From contig NC_014034.1 in assembly GCF_000021865.1 (NCBI RefSeq), positions 3,120,001 through 3,152,000 of the forward strand: a stretch of DNA of 32,000 nucleotides. Direction: 5' to 3'. The translations under genes and the position numbers were made by a program. Shown piece by piece: positions 1-8,260 of the stretch. The notes under the pieces are model-generated. The model saw nothing but the letters and a program-made list of their open reading frames with translations, ran no database searches and was not told the DNA's origin. Origin of the DNA: Rhodobacter capsulatus SB 1003 (lineage in GTDB: Bacteria > Pseudomonadota > Alphaproteobacteria > Rhodobacterales > Rhodobacteraceae). Within the stretch, counting starts at the first letter, position 1; each line of letters opens with the position of its first letter.

Positions 1-393
1 TCTGTGCGGCGTCATTAAGGTAAGATCAGGCGATCTATATTTGGTTATCCAGCTTGACCACTCCGCAAGATATACGAATGCGCCCACACTTCACAGCGCA
101 AGACGGGACAGCACGTTGTCGCAAGTGAGGCGGTATTGCCATTTATTGAATGCACGTGACGAACTCCGATGAGGGAGAGCACAACGGCAATGTTGCCGCT
201 TGCAGAAATGAACCGCAACAAGTTGGCTACGACGAAGTGCGTGCCCAAGCTAGGAGATCTAGTTCGAACCGAAAACGAGCGAGTAGAACCGCTAAAGGAC
301 TAAGGCGGCATCAATCCGGAACAACCTCCACTACTGGCATCAGGCAGACAAGTCGCTCTACGGTATGTCATAACATCGAATTTATTTTCGAAA

Positions 394-2241
394 CTAGCGA
401 GATTGCGCATCAAAGAAGGTTACGATCATTTTCATGGCAACGTCACATGCATTGAGCGCTGCGACATCTTGCCAATTATCTGTTTTTCCCATGCCCCAGT
501 CGCATATCCCCTTTATCATCACCCACTCTTTACCATTAAATTGACCAGACGCCGAAACTGCATTGCCCTCCATTTCCCCACCTATTGCGCCAGGAAACTC
601 TGTCCTCAAATTTTCAACAAATTCCTTGCTGTCGACCAACTTCTGCCCAGAGATAATTTGACCGAAGTATATTTTAAAATCAGCCTCAGCAAAATTTGGC
701 CTAACCAGACGCGCGGCCTGAAGTAGGCCAGTTCCCGCAGGAAGCTTTTCGCCTCTATTAATTGTTTTCTCTGTCCCAATGCGGGCTGTCTCATAGTCCT
801 GGATCTCCGTTGAGACAAGTACATCTCCGCATTTTTGATAAGGCTCGCCGTTCTTCTCCGGCAAGAGCCCAAAGCAGATCCCAACGCTTATTAGATGTGT
901 AGCCCCAAGTTCCTTAAGTGCTGCAGGAAGGATCAAACCAGCGCTGTTAACTCCCAGTGATCCTGCACTAGTTCTCAGATGATATACGTGCTGACTTGTT
1001 CCTCGTGTGTACTCCGTTGCGAACCCATTGCCCACTCGCACAGGTCGACTGGAAGTAAATCCACTTTCTTTTAATTTTTGGATTAGAGCATCATCCTCAC
1101 TGTCGGTTGCCGTTGTAACTGCAATTACGTCGTTATTTTGGTGACTCACCTGACTACTCCATGTTGAGTTAAAGATCGGGTCCAATTGAGAAATTCTCGC
1201 AGCGCACTGAATTAATCGCTCGATTCCAAATCTATAGAATTCTTCAGGGTTTCCAAATTTTTTCACATAATCAATATCAAGATACTGAATAAAAACCCTA
1301 TCAATGTGCAATCGAATTGAACTCATGTCGCTGCTGTCGTTAACCTTATTTCGAGCAGAGATCGCCAAGGCATCAAGAAAAATCTGAAGATGATAGGAGA
1401 AATGCCTGTGGGGCAAACTCCCATAATGTTCGATAATATCATCAATTGACCACAAAGAAACCTGCCGCAATGCGCCTAGCGCTTGGAGCGCACGTTTCAA
1501 AAGGGGAAAGTCAAATGCAGGAAAATTTTCAACGACATCCCGGTACGAGAATTGAGGTATGCCTGTGCAAGTGGCAAGCGAACGGCGATCAGCGTAGTTC
1601 TTCATATATAAAGCAGAAATTGCCCGAGTCGCCGCCTCAATTTGCCTGGCGCTCATCTCGCCACCAGCTATGTTGGAGACCAGGAGATCTCTAGTGATTG
1701 CAAGGTCTTCTCTTTTGAAAACTTTGGACTGAATGACATTCAATCCGGATTCGAACACCGCCCTATCTGACGGACTTAGACGAACAAGATCAAAATCGAA
1801 TTTGCTCTGATCGTAAGCTAAAATTAGCCTGGATAGATCGCCAGTCATACTGAATGGGTTTCTGGTACCCAGCTGTAAATCCACTAGCCCTCCTTGGTCT
1901 GAAAAGTAAAATGGGTACCTCTCAGGCACATGGGAATATCTTGCTCGGCGGTCCTCAATAAATTCCGAAAGCGTTGCATTCGAACTGGTTGCATCTATTA
2001 CGCCTCGCTGCATAAGCTTTATTACCTGCGAGAATAATTTTGGTCGAGAATTGCAATACTCAGCCACCTGAGAAATATTAGCCGAGAACCCATGAGCAAG
2101 AGATACCACCAAAATTCTGATGATGGCAATGTCGTCATCCTCAGGTCGATCGCAATTCGCCGCCCGTCCAGCTTCACGGTTTAGAAAATCAAGAAATACC
2201 GGCTTCGAAATAATTGTCACGCAAGCCTCGCGAGAAGCCAA
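394..2241 (-). CDS. Multidomain protein with an N-terminal winged-HTH-like segment, about 300 aa of unassigned helical sequence and a C-terminal PNP/UDP-family (nucleoside phosphorylase/nucleosidase-like) domain; candidate immune effector
   Basis: 615-codon ORF in the AT-rich segment. The last ~220 aa carry three motifs typical of the PNP_UDP_1 fold: HLISVGICFGL, ISGQKLVDSKEF and GGEMEGNAVSAS (E-M-E signature). The track start at 2241 is TTG. An in-frame GTG at 2220 has GAGG 5 nt upstream, so the start is uncertain. Confidence 0.8.
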   Translation of the reverse strand: MASREACVTIISKPVFLDFLNREAGRAANCDRPEDDDIAIIRILVVSLAHGFSANISQVAEYCNSRPKLFSQVIKLMQRGVIDATSSNATLSEFIEDRRARYSHVPERYPFYFSDQGGLVDLQLGTRNPFSMTGDLSRLILAYDQSKFDFDLVRLSPSDRAVFESGLNVIQSKVFKREDLAITRDLLVSNIAGGEMSARQIEAATRAISALYMKNYADRRSLATCTGIPQFSYRDVVENFPAFDFPLLKRALQALGALRQVSLWSIDDIIEHYGSLPHRHFSYHLQIFLDALAISARNKVNDSSDMSSIRLHIDRVFIQYLDIDYVKKFGNPEEFYRFGIERLIQCAARISQLDPIFNSTWSSQVSHQNNDVIAVTTATDSEDDALIQKLKESGFTSSRPVRVGNGFATEYTRGTSQHVYHLRTSAGSLGVNSAGLILPAALKELGATHLISVGICFGLLPEKNGEPYQKCGDVLVSTEIQDYETARIGTEKTINRGEKLPAGTGLLQAARLVRPNFAEADFKIYFGQIISGQKLVDSKEFVENLRTEFPGAIGGEMEGNAVSASGQFNGKEWVMIKGICDWGMGKTDNWQDVAALNACDVAMKMIVTFFDAQSR

Positions 2242-2349
2242 GATCTATATTTTTCCGTATCATCATCAAAATTTCGCAAGCCATCAAAACAAAATTCCGA
2301 CCACTCCGGGCCATTTATCTCCAGCCGCCTCTTCGAATTTGGCCTAAAA

Positions 2350-3156
2350 TCAAGAATATTTACTAATATCAAGCAGACTCACCATAACAAATGCGTCCGT
2401 CTCAGCGGAGTAAAATGCAAACCTATTTGAAAGCAAGTCAGCAACTTGATAGAAGTAAATCTTTTCTTCAGGCATTAATTTCCCATGCTCCAATCTGTGA
2501 CGGCGCCCATTAAGCAGAACCGGCAATACCGCACGCGCGGTGCTCGAAGTTGCCCCGCTTCCATCAACTTCGAACAAATCCAGATCATATTCATCCAGGA
2601 ACTTTCTCAATAGCGCAGTCCGCTTGGAAATTATTGGATTGAAGTGTGTATGAGCGCCAACCGAGAACGAAAAGAATAATTCATTCCATTTTAGCATCGG
2701 CGCCGTGACTACCGGGACTGATCCCTCCGGTATTTCACTTTGATAGCTATAACTGGCCTCTGCGAACAACGCAGAAGCGGAAGCCCAATCAACAATTGCA
2801 TCGACCTTGGATGCGAGACTTCTGGGAATAATTAAAATTCGATAAGGATGCTCCGGCTTTGCCCTCCGGCCCAGATAATTAAAATTTCGCTCACGAATCC
2901 ATGGATGACTCTGCCGGTGCAGATTTCTTAGAAAATATTTACCAACTCCAGTTCGTATAAAGCGCGAATGTCCGCGATTGGATAGGATTTCCTCTGCTAT
3001 TCTAGCCTGCAGCGTTTTAACAATTGTCTCGTAATTCTCATATGGAAGTGCGTTATAGTTTTCGGCAAACGATATAATTTCAGCTCCGGTAAGCGGGATG
3101 CCGCGAGCGTCGATGATTTTTTCTGCCAAGTTGAGATATTGGCTTCCTGCTGACAT
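2350..3156 (-). CDS. HARE-HTH domain protein with an unassigned ~190-aa C-terminal domain
   Basis: The first in-frame ATG is at 3156; the track ORF begins at a TTG at 3186. The N-terminus (YLNLAEKIIDARGIPLTGAEIISFAE ... RIAEEI ... FIRTGVGKYFL) matches the HARE-HTH pattern. It is co-directional with, and upstream of, the PNP-domain gene and has the same AT-rich composition. Confidence 0.7.
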   Translation of the reverse strand: MSAGSQYLNLAEKIIDARGIPLTGAEIISFAENYNALPYENYETIVKTLQARIAEEILSNRGHSRFIRTGVGKYFLRNLHRQSHPWIRERNFNYLGRRAKPEHPYRILIIPRSLASKVDAIVDWASASALFAEASYSYQSEIPEGSVPVVTAPMLKWNELFFSFSVGAHTHFNPIISKRTALLRKFLDEYDLDLFEVDGSGATSSTARAVLPVLLNGRRHRLEHGKLMPEEKIYFYQVADLLSNRFAFYSAETDAFVMVSLLDISKYS

Positions 3157-3526
3157 AGTCGCTGATATCTCCTCGCAGGCACTCAAGCGTTTTGATGCGT
3201 CACCGAAGCTGACGCAACTCAGTCATCATCTTATTACATCATTAAGCTCCGGCAACAGCTTTGAAGGACCAATAGCTGCGTCAAGTGTCAACGCCGGGCA
3301 CTGGCTGCATCTGAGGGAGTGCTTACGTTGACTGACAGTTGCAGGCAGACAGGCGCGTCTCTTTCGACGTTTGCGCAACGGCAACGCTGCTTCATCACCC
3401 CAAACCTCATCCGCTCAACCTGGAGGGTAGCTTTAGGCATCTCCACAAACCGCCCCAGGAGCGGGCTTGAACCTACTCCCAGGGCGTCTGGATTGCGATT
3501 TCGGGGCTGCCTCCCCTCCCTCAGCC

Positions 3527-3787
3527 TCACCCCCTCCTGTCAGCCCCTCCCTGGCCCTTAGCGATGCGCTTCAGAAGCTCATGGTTCTCCAGGGCCAGGG
3601 CCATGTTCCCGGCAAAGACGATGCTGCAGAACAGCCCTCCAAGGGCCATCATCAGCCCCGTCTCTCGGGCCTTGGGCGTGTCCCCTGCGATGAAGAAGCC
3701 AAGCCCCACGATCAGGGCCACGGCCAGGAACAAGCCGCACCAGGCGAAGAAGACGATGCGGTAAAGGGTGATGAGTTTGCGAAGCAT
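3527..3787 (-). CDS. Small membrane protein (two predicted TM helices), probably co-transcribed downstream of the resolvase
   Basis: 86 aa with ATG at 3787 and AGGAGA 5 nt upstream. Two hydrophobic stretches: IVFFAWCGLFLAVALIVGLGFFI and GLMMALGGLFCSIVFAGNMALAL. It starts 37 nt after the resolvase stop. Confidence 0.6.
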   Translation of the reverse strand: MLRKLITLYRIVFFAWCGLFLAVALIVGLGFFIAGDTPKARETGLMMALGGLFCSIVFAGNMALALENHELLKRIAKGQGGADRRG

Positions 3788-3823
3788 GATGCTCTCCTGT
3801 GTCGTGATGTTTGGGGGGGATGC

Positions 3824-4375
3824 TCAGGCCGCAGCCGAGATGACGCGGTAGACCGAACGCTCAGAGATGCCGAGCTTGCGGGCGATCTCCCGCTTCGGCG
3901 TCCCTGCCGCCAGCAAGGCCAGAGCTTCGGCCTGCTTGAACTGAGCCGTGGGCTTGCGGCCCTTGTACTTCCCATCGGCCTTGGCCTTGGCGATGCCTTC
4001 CCGTTGCCGCTCCAGCATCATCTCCCGCTCGAACTGAGCCACGGCCCCAAGCACATTCAGCATCAGCTTGCCGGTGGCATTGGCCGTATCCAGCCCCAGG
4101 TCGAGCACCCTCAGCCCCACCTTCTTGCGCTCCAGGGCCTCCACGATCTCGCCCAGGTGACGCACGGAGCGGGCCAGACGGTCGAGCTTGGTCACCACCA
4201 GAGTGTCGCCTTCCCGAACGAACTCCAGCGCCGCAGAGAGGGCGTCTCGCTGCCCCACCGAACTCACCTGCTCCTCAAACAGCTTCTCGCACCCGAGGGC
4301 CTGCAGGGCCTTCCTCTGGGCCACAAAGCCCGCGATCTGGTCCAGGGTCGAGGTGCGGGCATAACCGATCAGCAT
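3824..4375 (-). CDS. Serine recombinase (resolvase/invertase family)
   Basis: The N-terminus MLIGYARTSTLDQ carries the catalytic-Ser motif, followed by VVTKLDRLARS and a C-terminal HTH (TPKREIARKLGISERSVYRVI). ATG at 4375 is preceded by AAGGAGG at 5 nt spacing. The track ORF extending to 4672 adds a 99-aa low-complexity extension that I reject. Confidence 0.92.
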   Translation of the reverse strand: MLIGYARTSTLDQIAGFVAQRKALQALGCEKLFEEQVSSVGQRDALSAALEFVREGDTLVVTKLDRLARSVRHLGEIVEALERKKVGLRVLDLGLDTANATGKLMLNVLGAVAQFEREMMLERQREGIAKAKADGKYKGRKPTAQFKQAEALALLAAGTPKREIARKLGISERSVYRVISAAA

Positions 4376-4785
4376 GTGATCCTCCTTTGCTGCCAATAGG
4401 GTCAAAGAGGTGGGGGAGAGGCGTCTGCCAAAACTCCGAACCCACTTCCATGACGGGGCTATTCCGCCACAGATGACCCTGCCTCTGGGGCAAGCTTCAG
4501 TGGCAGAGGGGATTGGCTGGGGCCTGAACCTGGGATGGCCCTGGGAGACTCGGAGAGGGCCGTAGAATGGCCTTCCTGGGCTTTCCCGCGGGTGAGACTC
4601 GGGACGGCAAGAGGCGACTCCACGGCCCTCCCAGGGACTCTGGCGAGGCGCTGGGCTTTGGGACTTTTTCAACCCGTCAGAGGGGGGTGGGGGGTTTGGG
4701 ACGTGACTTCAAAAAGAGGGGTTATATTATTACTATTATTGTTCTTCTTGACGCTGAGCCCCCACCTCTGACCGAAAGGGGTGAC

Positions 4786-4980
4786 CTTGGGGAACACTTA
4801 CGTTTCCAAGTAATTAGCTGCTCTTACGTTTCCAAGTAATGCCCTGGTCGTCCTGAGAGAACCTTAGCTTCCAAGGTATACCAAGTATCTGATGATAGGG
4901 GTATATTACCTTAGATACCTACCCTGGATCATCCAAGGCTACCCCCAAGTTCTCCCAAGAATCGACCTTGGAGGGCCAAG
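4786..4980. repeat. Cluster of ten CCAAG/CTTGG pentamers in non-coding DNA (candidate res site or iterons)
   Basis: CTTGG at 4786 and 4967. CCAAG at 4806, 4832, 4871, 4881, 4933, 4945, 4955 and 4976. A pentamer is expected about 0.4 times in 200 bp on both strands. Confidence 0.8.
4797..4840. repeat. Exact 18-bp direct repeat CTTACGTTTCCAAGTAAT x2 (4797-4814 and 4823-4840)
   Basis: Read directly from the sequence. The copies are in 26-bp register and each has TTAC-N8-GTAA dyad ends. Confidence 0.95.
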
Positions 4981-4999
4981 GGGCAGCCGAGGGGAGGAC

Positions 5000-6358
5000 T
5001 TATTTGCATCTGACCTCAGGTAAGCAACCAAAGCGGTTCCCGTAAGCTTCCACCAGACAGGTGAGAGCCACGTCCCGATGCTGTTTGGCGACGATCAAGC
5101 TGTCAAAGACGGGCAAGGCAGCGACACCGTGATCATGCCCAAGACGGGTCAGGCACTCCATGAAGCACTCGGATTCCTCATATTGCAGCCGAGCCCAATC
5201 CATCGAGCCCTTCTTTAGCTTGTTCAGGATCGGATGCTTGGCGATCAGGGCGTCAAGAACCTTTCCGAGCTTGTAGACGGTGCTTATTTTCCGGCCTGTG
5301 GGCTTCATGTAGTCCTCGCTTAGCTTCTTCGGGAAGCGGGTCAGGCGCGATCCTTTCCCCGTCATCGCCGCAAAGAGCCCCTTCACCACCTCCCGCTCGA
5401 CACCAGGCAGGAAATAGGGATCGTCGTCGGTGTCCAATTCCAGATCGTGCAGGGCGTAGAGGATGAAGAGATGACTTGACCCAACGTCAAGCTCGACTGT
5501 GGGCTCACCCCGGCAGGTGATCAGGGCGCGGTCTTCTTTCGGCCTCTGCTGCCAATCATCCTCGGAACAGCAATAGAGCCTTCCGCCCATGTTGAAGTCG
5601 AAGTTGTGGAAGTTGCCTCTGCTGAACAGCCGATAGACCCGAGGTGTTTCCGCCAGGTCGAAGCCTCCTTGGCCCAGGATTGCGTTGATCTCCTTGACCC
5701 TTTGGACCTCAGCCTCATACTTTGGCCCGGCAAAGCGCATATTGGCCGAGGTAACGCCTGTGCCATGCCGATTGGCAACTTCAGAGCGCACCGTGACCGG
5801 AGACAGGCGTCCCGTTTCCTTCTGGAAGTGATCCTTGAGCGTGTCCGGGGTGATGCCGAAGCCCTCGGCCAAGCTCAGCAACTCCGCTGTTGCCCGAAAG
5901 CGTCTGGCCCTGCCAAAGCCCGTCCCCGTGTCTTCCCCCTCCCAAGTCTCCCTGACCCGAAAGAAGCGGGTGACCTCCATCAGCCCCATCTCTGCCCAGA
6001 ACTGCAGCAATTGCTCGAAGCATCGCACCGAGACAAAGGTTTGCCCCAGGGCCTCCTTGTCGTAGGAGCGATAGAAGAATCCTTCGGCCTCCTGAAACCG
6101 GGCATGGTGGATCAAATCGGCGGCGAAAGCAGACACGGCCCCTGTAAAGCTCCTCTGAGCCTCTGCCTGCCTTTTGCGATTCCTGGGCTTCACCTTGGCT
6201 TCATGGTCAAGCGTGATGGCCGTCAGATGCGCCACCAGAGCCCTTGCCGCATCGGTCTTCGGGACAAAGACGAATTCCGCCATGCGGGCCGCTTCAAGGT
6301 GATCCCGGGAATGCCCCAGCGCCGTGACGCGGAGAGTGTCAGTGTTCATGTCGTTCAT
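5000..6358 (-). CDS. Hypothetical 452-aa island protein; possible replication/polymerase-like function (speculative)
   Basis: Long ORF with balanced composition, immediately downstream of the island-1 integrase on the same strand. The segments ELDVGSSHLFILYAL, REVVKGLFAAMTGKG and LPVFDSLIV occur in the order of polymerase motifs A/B/C. This is eye-level matching only. Confidence 0.75.
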   Translation of the reverse strand: MNDMNTDTLRVTALGHSRDHLEAARMAEFVFVPKTDAARALVAHLTAITLDHEAKVKPRNRKRQAEAQRSFTGAVSAFAADLIHHARFQEAEGFFYRSYDKEALGQTFVSVRCFEQLLQFWAEMGLMEVTRFFRVRETWEGEDTGTGFGRARRFRATAELLSLAEGFGITPDTLKDHFQKETGRLSPVTVRSEVANRHGTGVTSANMRFAGPKYEAEVQRVKEINAILGQGGFDLAETPRVYRLFSRGNFHNFDFNMGGRLYCCSEDDWQQRPKEDRALITCRGEPTVELDVGSSHLFILYALHDLELDTDDDPYFLPGVEREVVKGLFAAMTGKGSRLTRFPKKLSEDYMKPTGRKISTVYKLGKVLDALIAKHPILNKLKKGSMDWARLQYEESECFMECLTRLGHDHGVAALPVFDSLIVAKQHRDVALTCLVEAYGNRFGCLPEVRCK

Positions 6359-6439
6359 GTTGAGTGACCACGAAAGGCGAGGCGAGCTGACCCCGCCTCA
6401 GCGTTGCGTTATGACCTTTAGACGAGATTCAAAGGAGAT

Positions 6440-7795
6440 TCAGGCAGCAGAGGCTTGCTCAGCGGGGCCTTCTCCCGGCAACGGCAGCACCGTCTTCAGC
6501 ATGTAGCGCTGCATCAACTCCAGGCTGTGGCCCTTGCCGTAAGTCTCCCCGACACCCTTCCCGGCCCATCCACCGATCCGGTCGATCAGATCGGGCGGGG
6601 CTTCCACGTTGCGAAGGCGATCCCGCATCGTGTGCCGGAAGCTGTGGAGCGTCTGGCCTGTTCGCGCCAACTTGTTTTCCTTGAGCCACTTGTTCAGGGC
6701 AGCGGAAGCCGCCCCGGAATGAAACTCATCTTTCGGAACATCCTTGGCGATGCTTGGGAAGAGGAACTTTCCTTCGGTAGTCATGGCGCGCTGGGCAGCC
6801 CAGAGAGCGGCACCAACGAGGGGAACCGACCTCGCAGAGCTTCCCGTCTTCAGGTTGCGAACATCGGTCACGCGAAGCCTGACATGGGGGACCGGATCGT
6901 GCAGCCGAACGTCCTCTTTCATGATCTGCTGCAATTCTGCCAAGCGGGTCATGGTGTCTGAGAGCATCGCAATCAGCCACCGCCGTTCGTCGTCCTTTTC
7001 GCGGCAAGCAGCCTGAATCGCCATCAACTCTTCGATTGTGAAGGTGTCTCGGGGTTTGCGTGGCCCCTCGTCACGGTTGGGAATCGCCAGCTTCTCGAAG
7101 GGATTGACCTTGCTCATCTCGAATTCAAGCAGACCTGTCTGGATCACAGGGCGCACCTGAGCCAAGTAGCGTCTCACCGTTTCAGCGCTGAGCCCCCTTT
7201 TGATCAACTTCTGCACGAATTCATTGGCATGGTCGCGGCTGAGATGGTCGAGGGGAATGTCTCCGGTGATCTCAAGAAGATGGCCCCAAGCCCGCTCGAA
7301 CTGGTCCACGGCCACTTTTGCCTTTGGCCCCTTGCCCAGATCGAAATGCTTCTCCCTGGCATCGCTGAGGAGCTTCGGCACAGATGGGCTGTAGAGGTAA
7401 TCCAAAGAAAGCTGCTCGGTCGGAGACAAGAGTGCAATAGCCTCTTCTTCCCTGCCCGGGCCAACAAGGTTGTCGATGTAGGCCTCAATGGCGGGGTGAC
7501 CACGATGTCTGAGGGCATCGCCTGGCTTCAGGTGGCGGGCTTCAAGCATTGCCAAGGCAGCATGAGGGTCGGCCCCGGCCTTGCTCCCCTCCCGATGCGC
7601 CTTCCAGAGGGCATCCAGGCGACGGGTTTGGGCATCAGCCAGGCGACACGCTTCGGCCTTGTCGGCGGTCTTCAGGCTGAACATCAACTGCTCACGTGCC
7701 CGCTTGCCCGGCACCTTGTAGAGCGATCTCACATCCTCAGGGATGCGGCGGCGGTAATAGTAGGTATTTCCTTTGAGTAGGAGGTGCATGCACAT
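6440..7795 (-). CDS. int: Tyrosine recombinase/integrase of island 1
   Basis: The C-terminal catalytic region HSFRHTMRDRL ... GGWAGKGVGETYGKG contains the H-x-x-R-H and Tyr signatures. The N-terminus is LLKGNTYYYRRRIPEDV. The track start at 7864 is TTG; ATG candidates are at 7795 and 7789, so the start is uncertain. Confidence 0.9.
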   Translation of the reverse strand: MCMHLLLKGNTYYYRRRIPEDVRSLYKVPGKRAREQLMFSLKTADKAEACRLADAQTRRLDALWKAHREGSKAGADPHAALAMLEARHLKPGDALRHRGHPAIEAYIDNLVGPGREEEAIALLSPTEQLSLDYLYSPSVPKLLSDAREKHFDLGKGPKAKVAVDQFERAWGHLLEITGDIPLDHLSRDHANEFVQKLIKRGLSAETVRRYLAQVRPVIQTGLLEFEMSKVNPFEKLAIPNRDEGPRKPRDTFTIEELMAIQAACREKDDERRWLIAMLSDTMTRLAELQQIMKEDVRLHDPVPHVRLRVTDVRNLKTGSSARSVPLVGAALWAAQRAMTTEGKFLFPSIAKDVPKDEFHSGAASAALNKWLKENKLARTGQTLHSFRHTMRDRLRNVEAPPDLIDRIGGWAGKGVGETYGKGHSLELMQRYMLKTVLPLPGEGPAEQASAA

Positions 7796-7914
7796 GACCC
7801 TTAAGGCACCTGCGGCGAACATCACTATCATGGTTTGTGTAACCTCGTGTGTTACCTCAGGCAACTCACGAGAGCCACTTAAGTCTCTGATATTAAAGGA
7901 TAATACAGAGATTT

Positions 7915-7932
7915 GGTGGCGGACGGGATGGG
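7915..7932. repeat. att direct repeat (copy of the tRNA-Ser 3' end)
   Basis: GGTGGCGGACGGGATGGG is identical to 22046-22063. That is the last 16 nt of the tRNA, including CCA, plus 2 flanking nt. Confidence 0.9.
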
Positions 7933-7991
7933 CTCAATACCATGTCCGCAAAGCATTGATTTTTATATGTAATATAAAAGCCGCGCAATGC

Positions 7992-8095
7992 TTCCCTAGC
8001 AAATTCCCTAGCGCGCCGAAATCCGAACATTCGAGGGCGGCGTGTTGCCGCATCCGCCACACTATCCGCTAGGGACGAGACGGCAATCCCTATCG
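7992..8095. promoter_or_regulatory. Cluster of (A/T)TCCCTA(G/T)C motifs at the distal end of island 2 (candidate integrase/excisionase arm-type sites)
   Basis: TTCCCTAGC at 7992-8000 and 8004-8012. An inverted copy (GCTAGGGA) at 8068-8075. ATCCCTATC at 8086-8094. The same motif recurs at the integrase-proximal end (21872-21924). Confidence 0.45.
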
Positions 8096-8260
8096 TGCCT
8101 TCCGGCAGATCGAAGCACCCGCCCTATCTGCCCGATCCTGATCGCGGCCCTTGCGGCCTTCCCCTGCCCGATCACCGAGCCCGCCGCGGATCCGGGCGCG
8201 ACAAGCGCCCCGCCCTCGGGCATCCTGCGCCGGACGCAGCGACGGCAGGGAGGCGGGGGC

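Larger units (their letters stand above)
1..7932. mobile_element. Genomic island 1 (partial; left end lies outside the window), integrated at the distal copy of the tRNA-Ser att repeat
   Basis: A tyrosine integrase (6440-7795) abuts the 18-bp att repeat at 7915-7932, in the same orientation as the island-2 integrase relative to the tRNA. The content is a resolvase, a repeat-rich spacer and AT-rich cargo. No third att copy is seen in 1-6440. Confidence 0.6.

Noticed and set aside
45-455. Short ORFs 45-248 (minus) and 150-455 (plus) at the left edge
   Set aside because: Both begin at non-ATG codons with no SD, have odd composition and show no motifs. The 150-455 ORF also overlaps the 3' end of the PNP-domain gene (61 nt of its 3' end). 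I cannot support either as a gene. The region may be 3' UTR or the edge of another cargo gene.
3467-4399. 310-aa plus-strand ORF, plus the overlapping ORFs 3712-3975 and 3564-3764
   Set aside because: They lie antisense to the well-supported resolvase and membrane-protein genes. Their Arg/Pro/Gly/His-rich, low-complexity translations are typical of spurious frames in high-GC DNA.
3824-4672. Long N-terminal extensions in the ORF track (for example resolvase to 4672, SRAP from 8042, HsdR_N gene to 12957, integrase to 7864)
   Set aside because: The extensions start at TTG or GTG, are low-complexity, and precede internal ATGs that have good SD sequences and canonical family N-termini (MLIGYARTS, MCGR, and others).
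4758-4840. Tn3-family terminal inverted repeat (GGGG...TAAG-like) next to the resolvase
   Set aside because: GGGGAACACTTACG... starts like a Tn3-type IR, but there is no matching inverted partner and no transposase in the window. The repeats are direct, not terminal inverted.
7915-7932. Possible second tRNA gene or tRNA pseudogene
   Set aside because: Only 16 nt of the tRNA 3' end are present and no D or anticodon arm can be built. It is an att duplication, not a gene.
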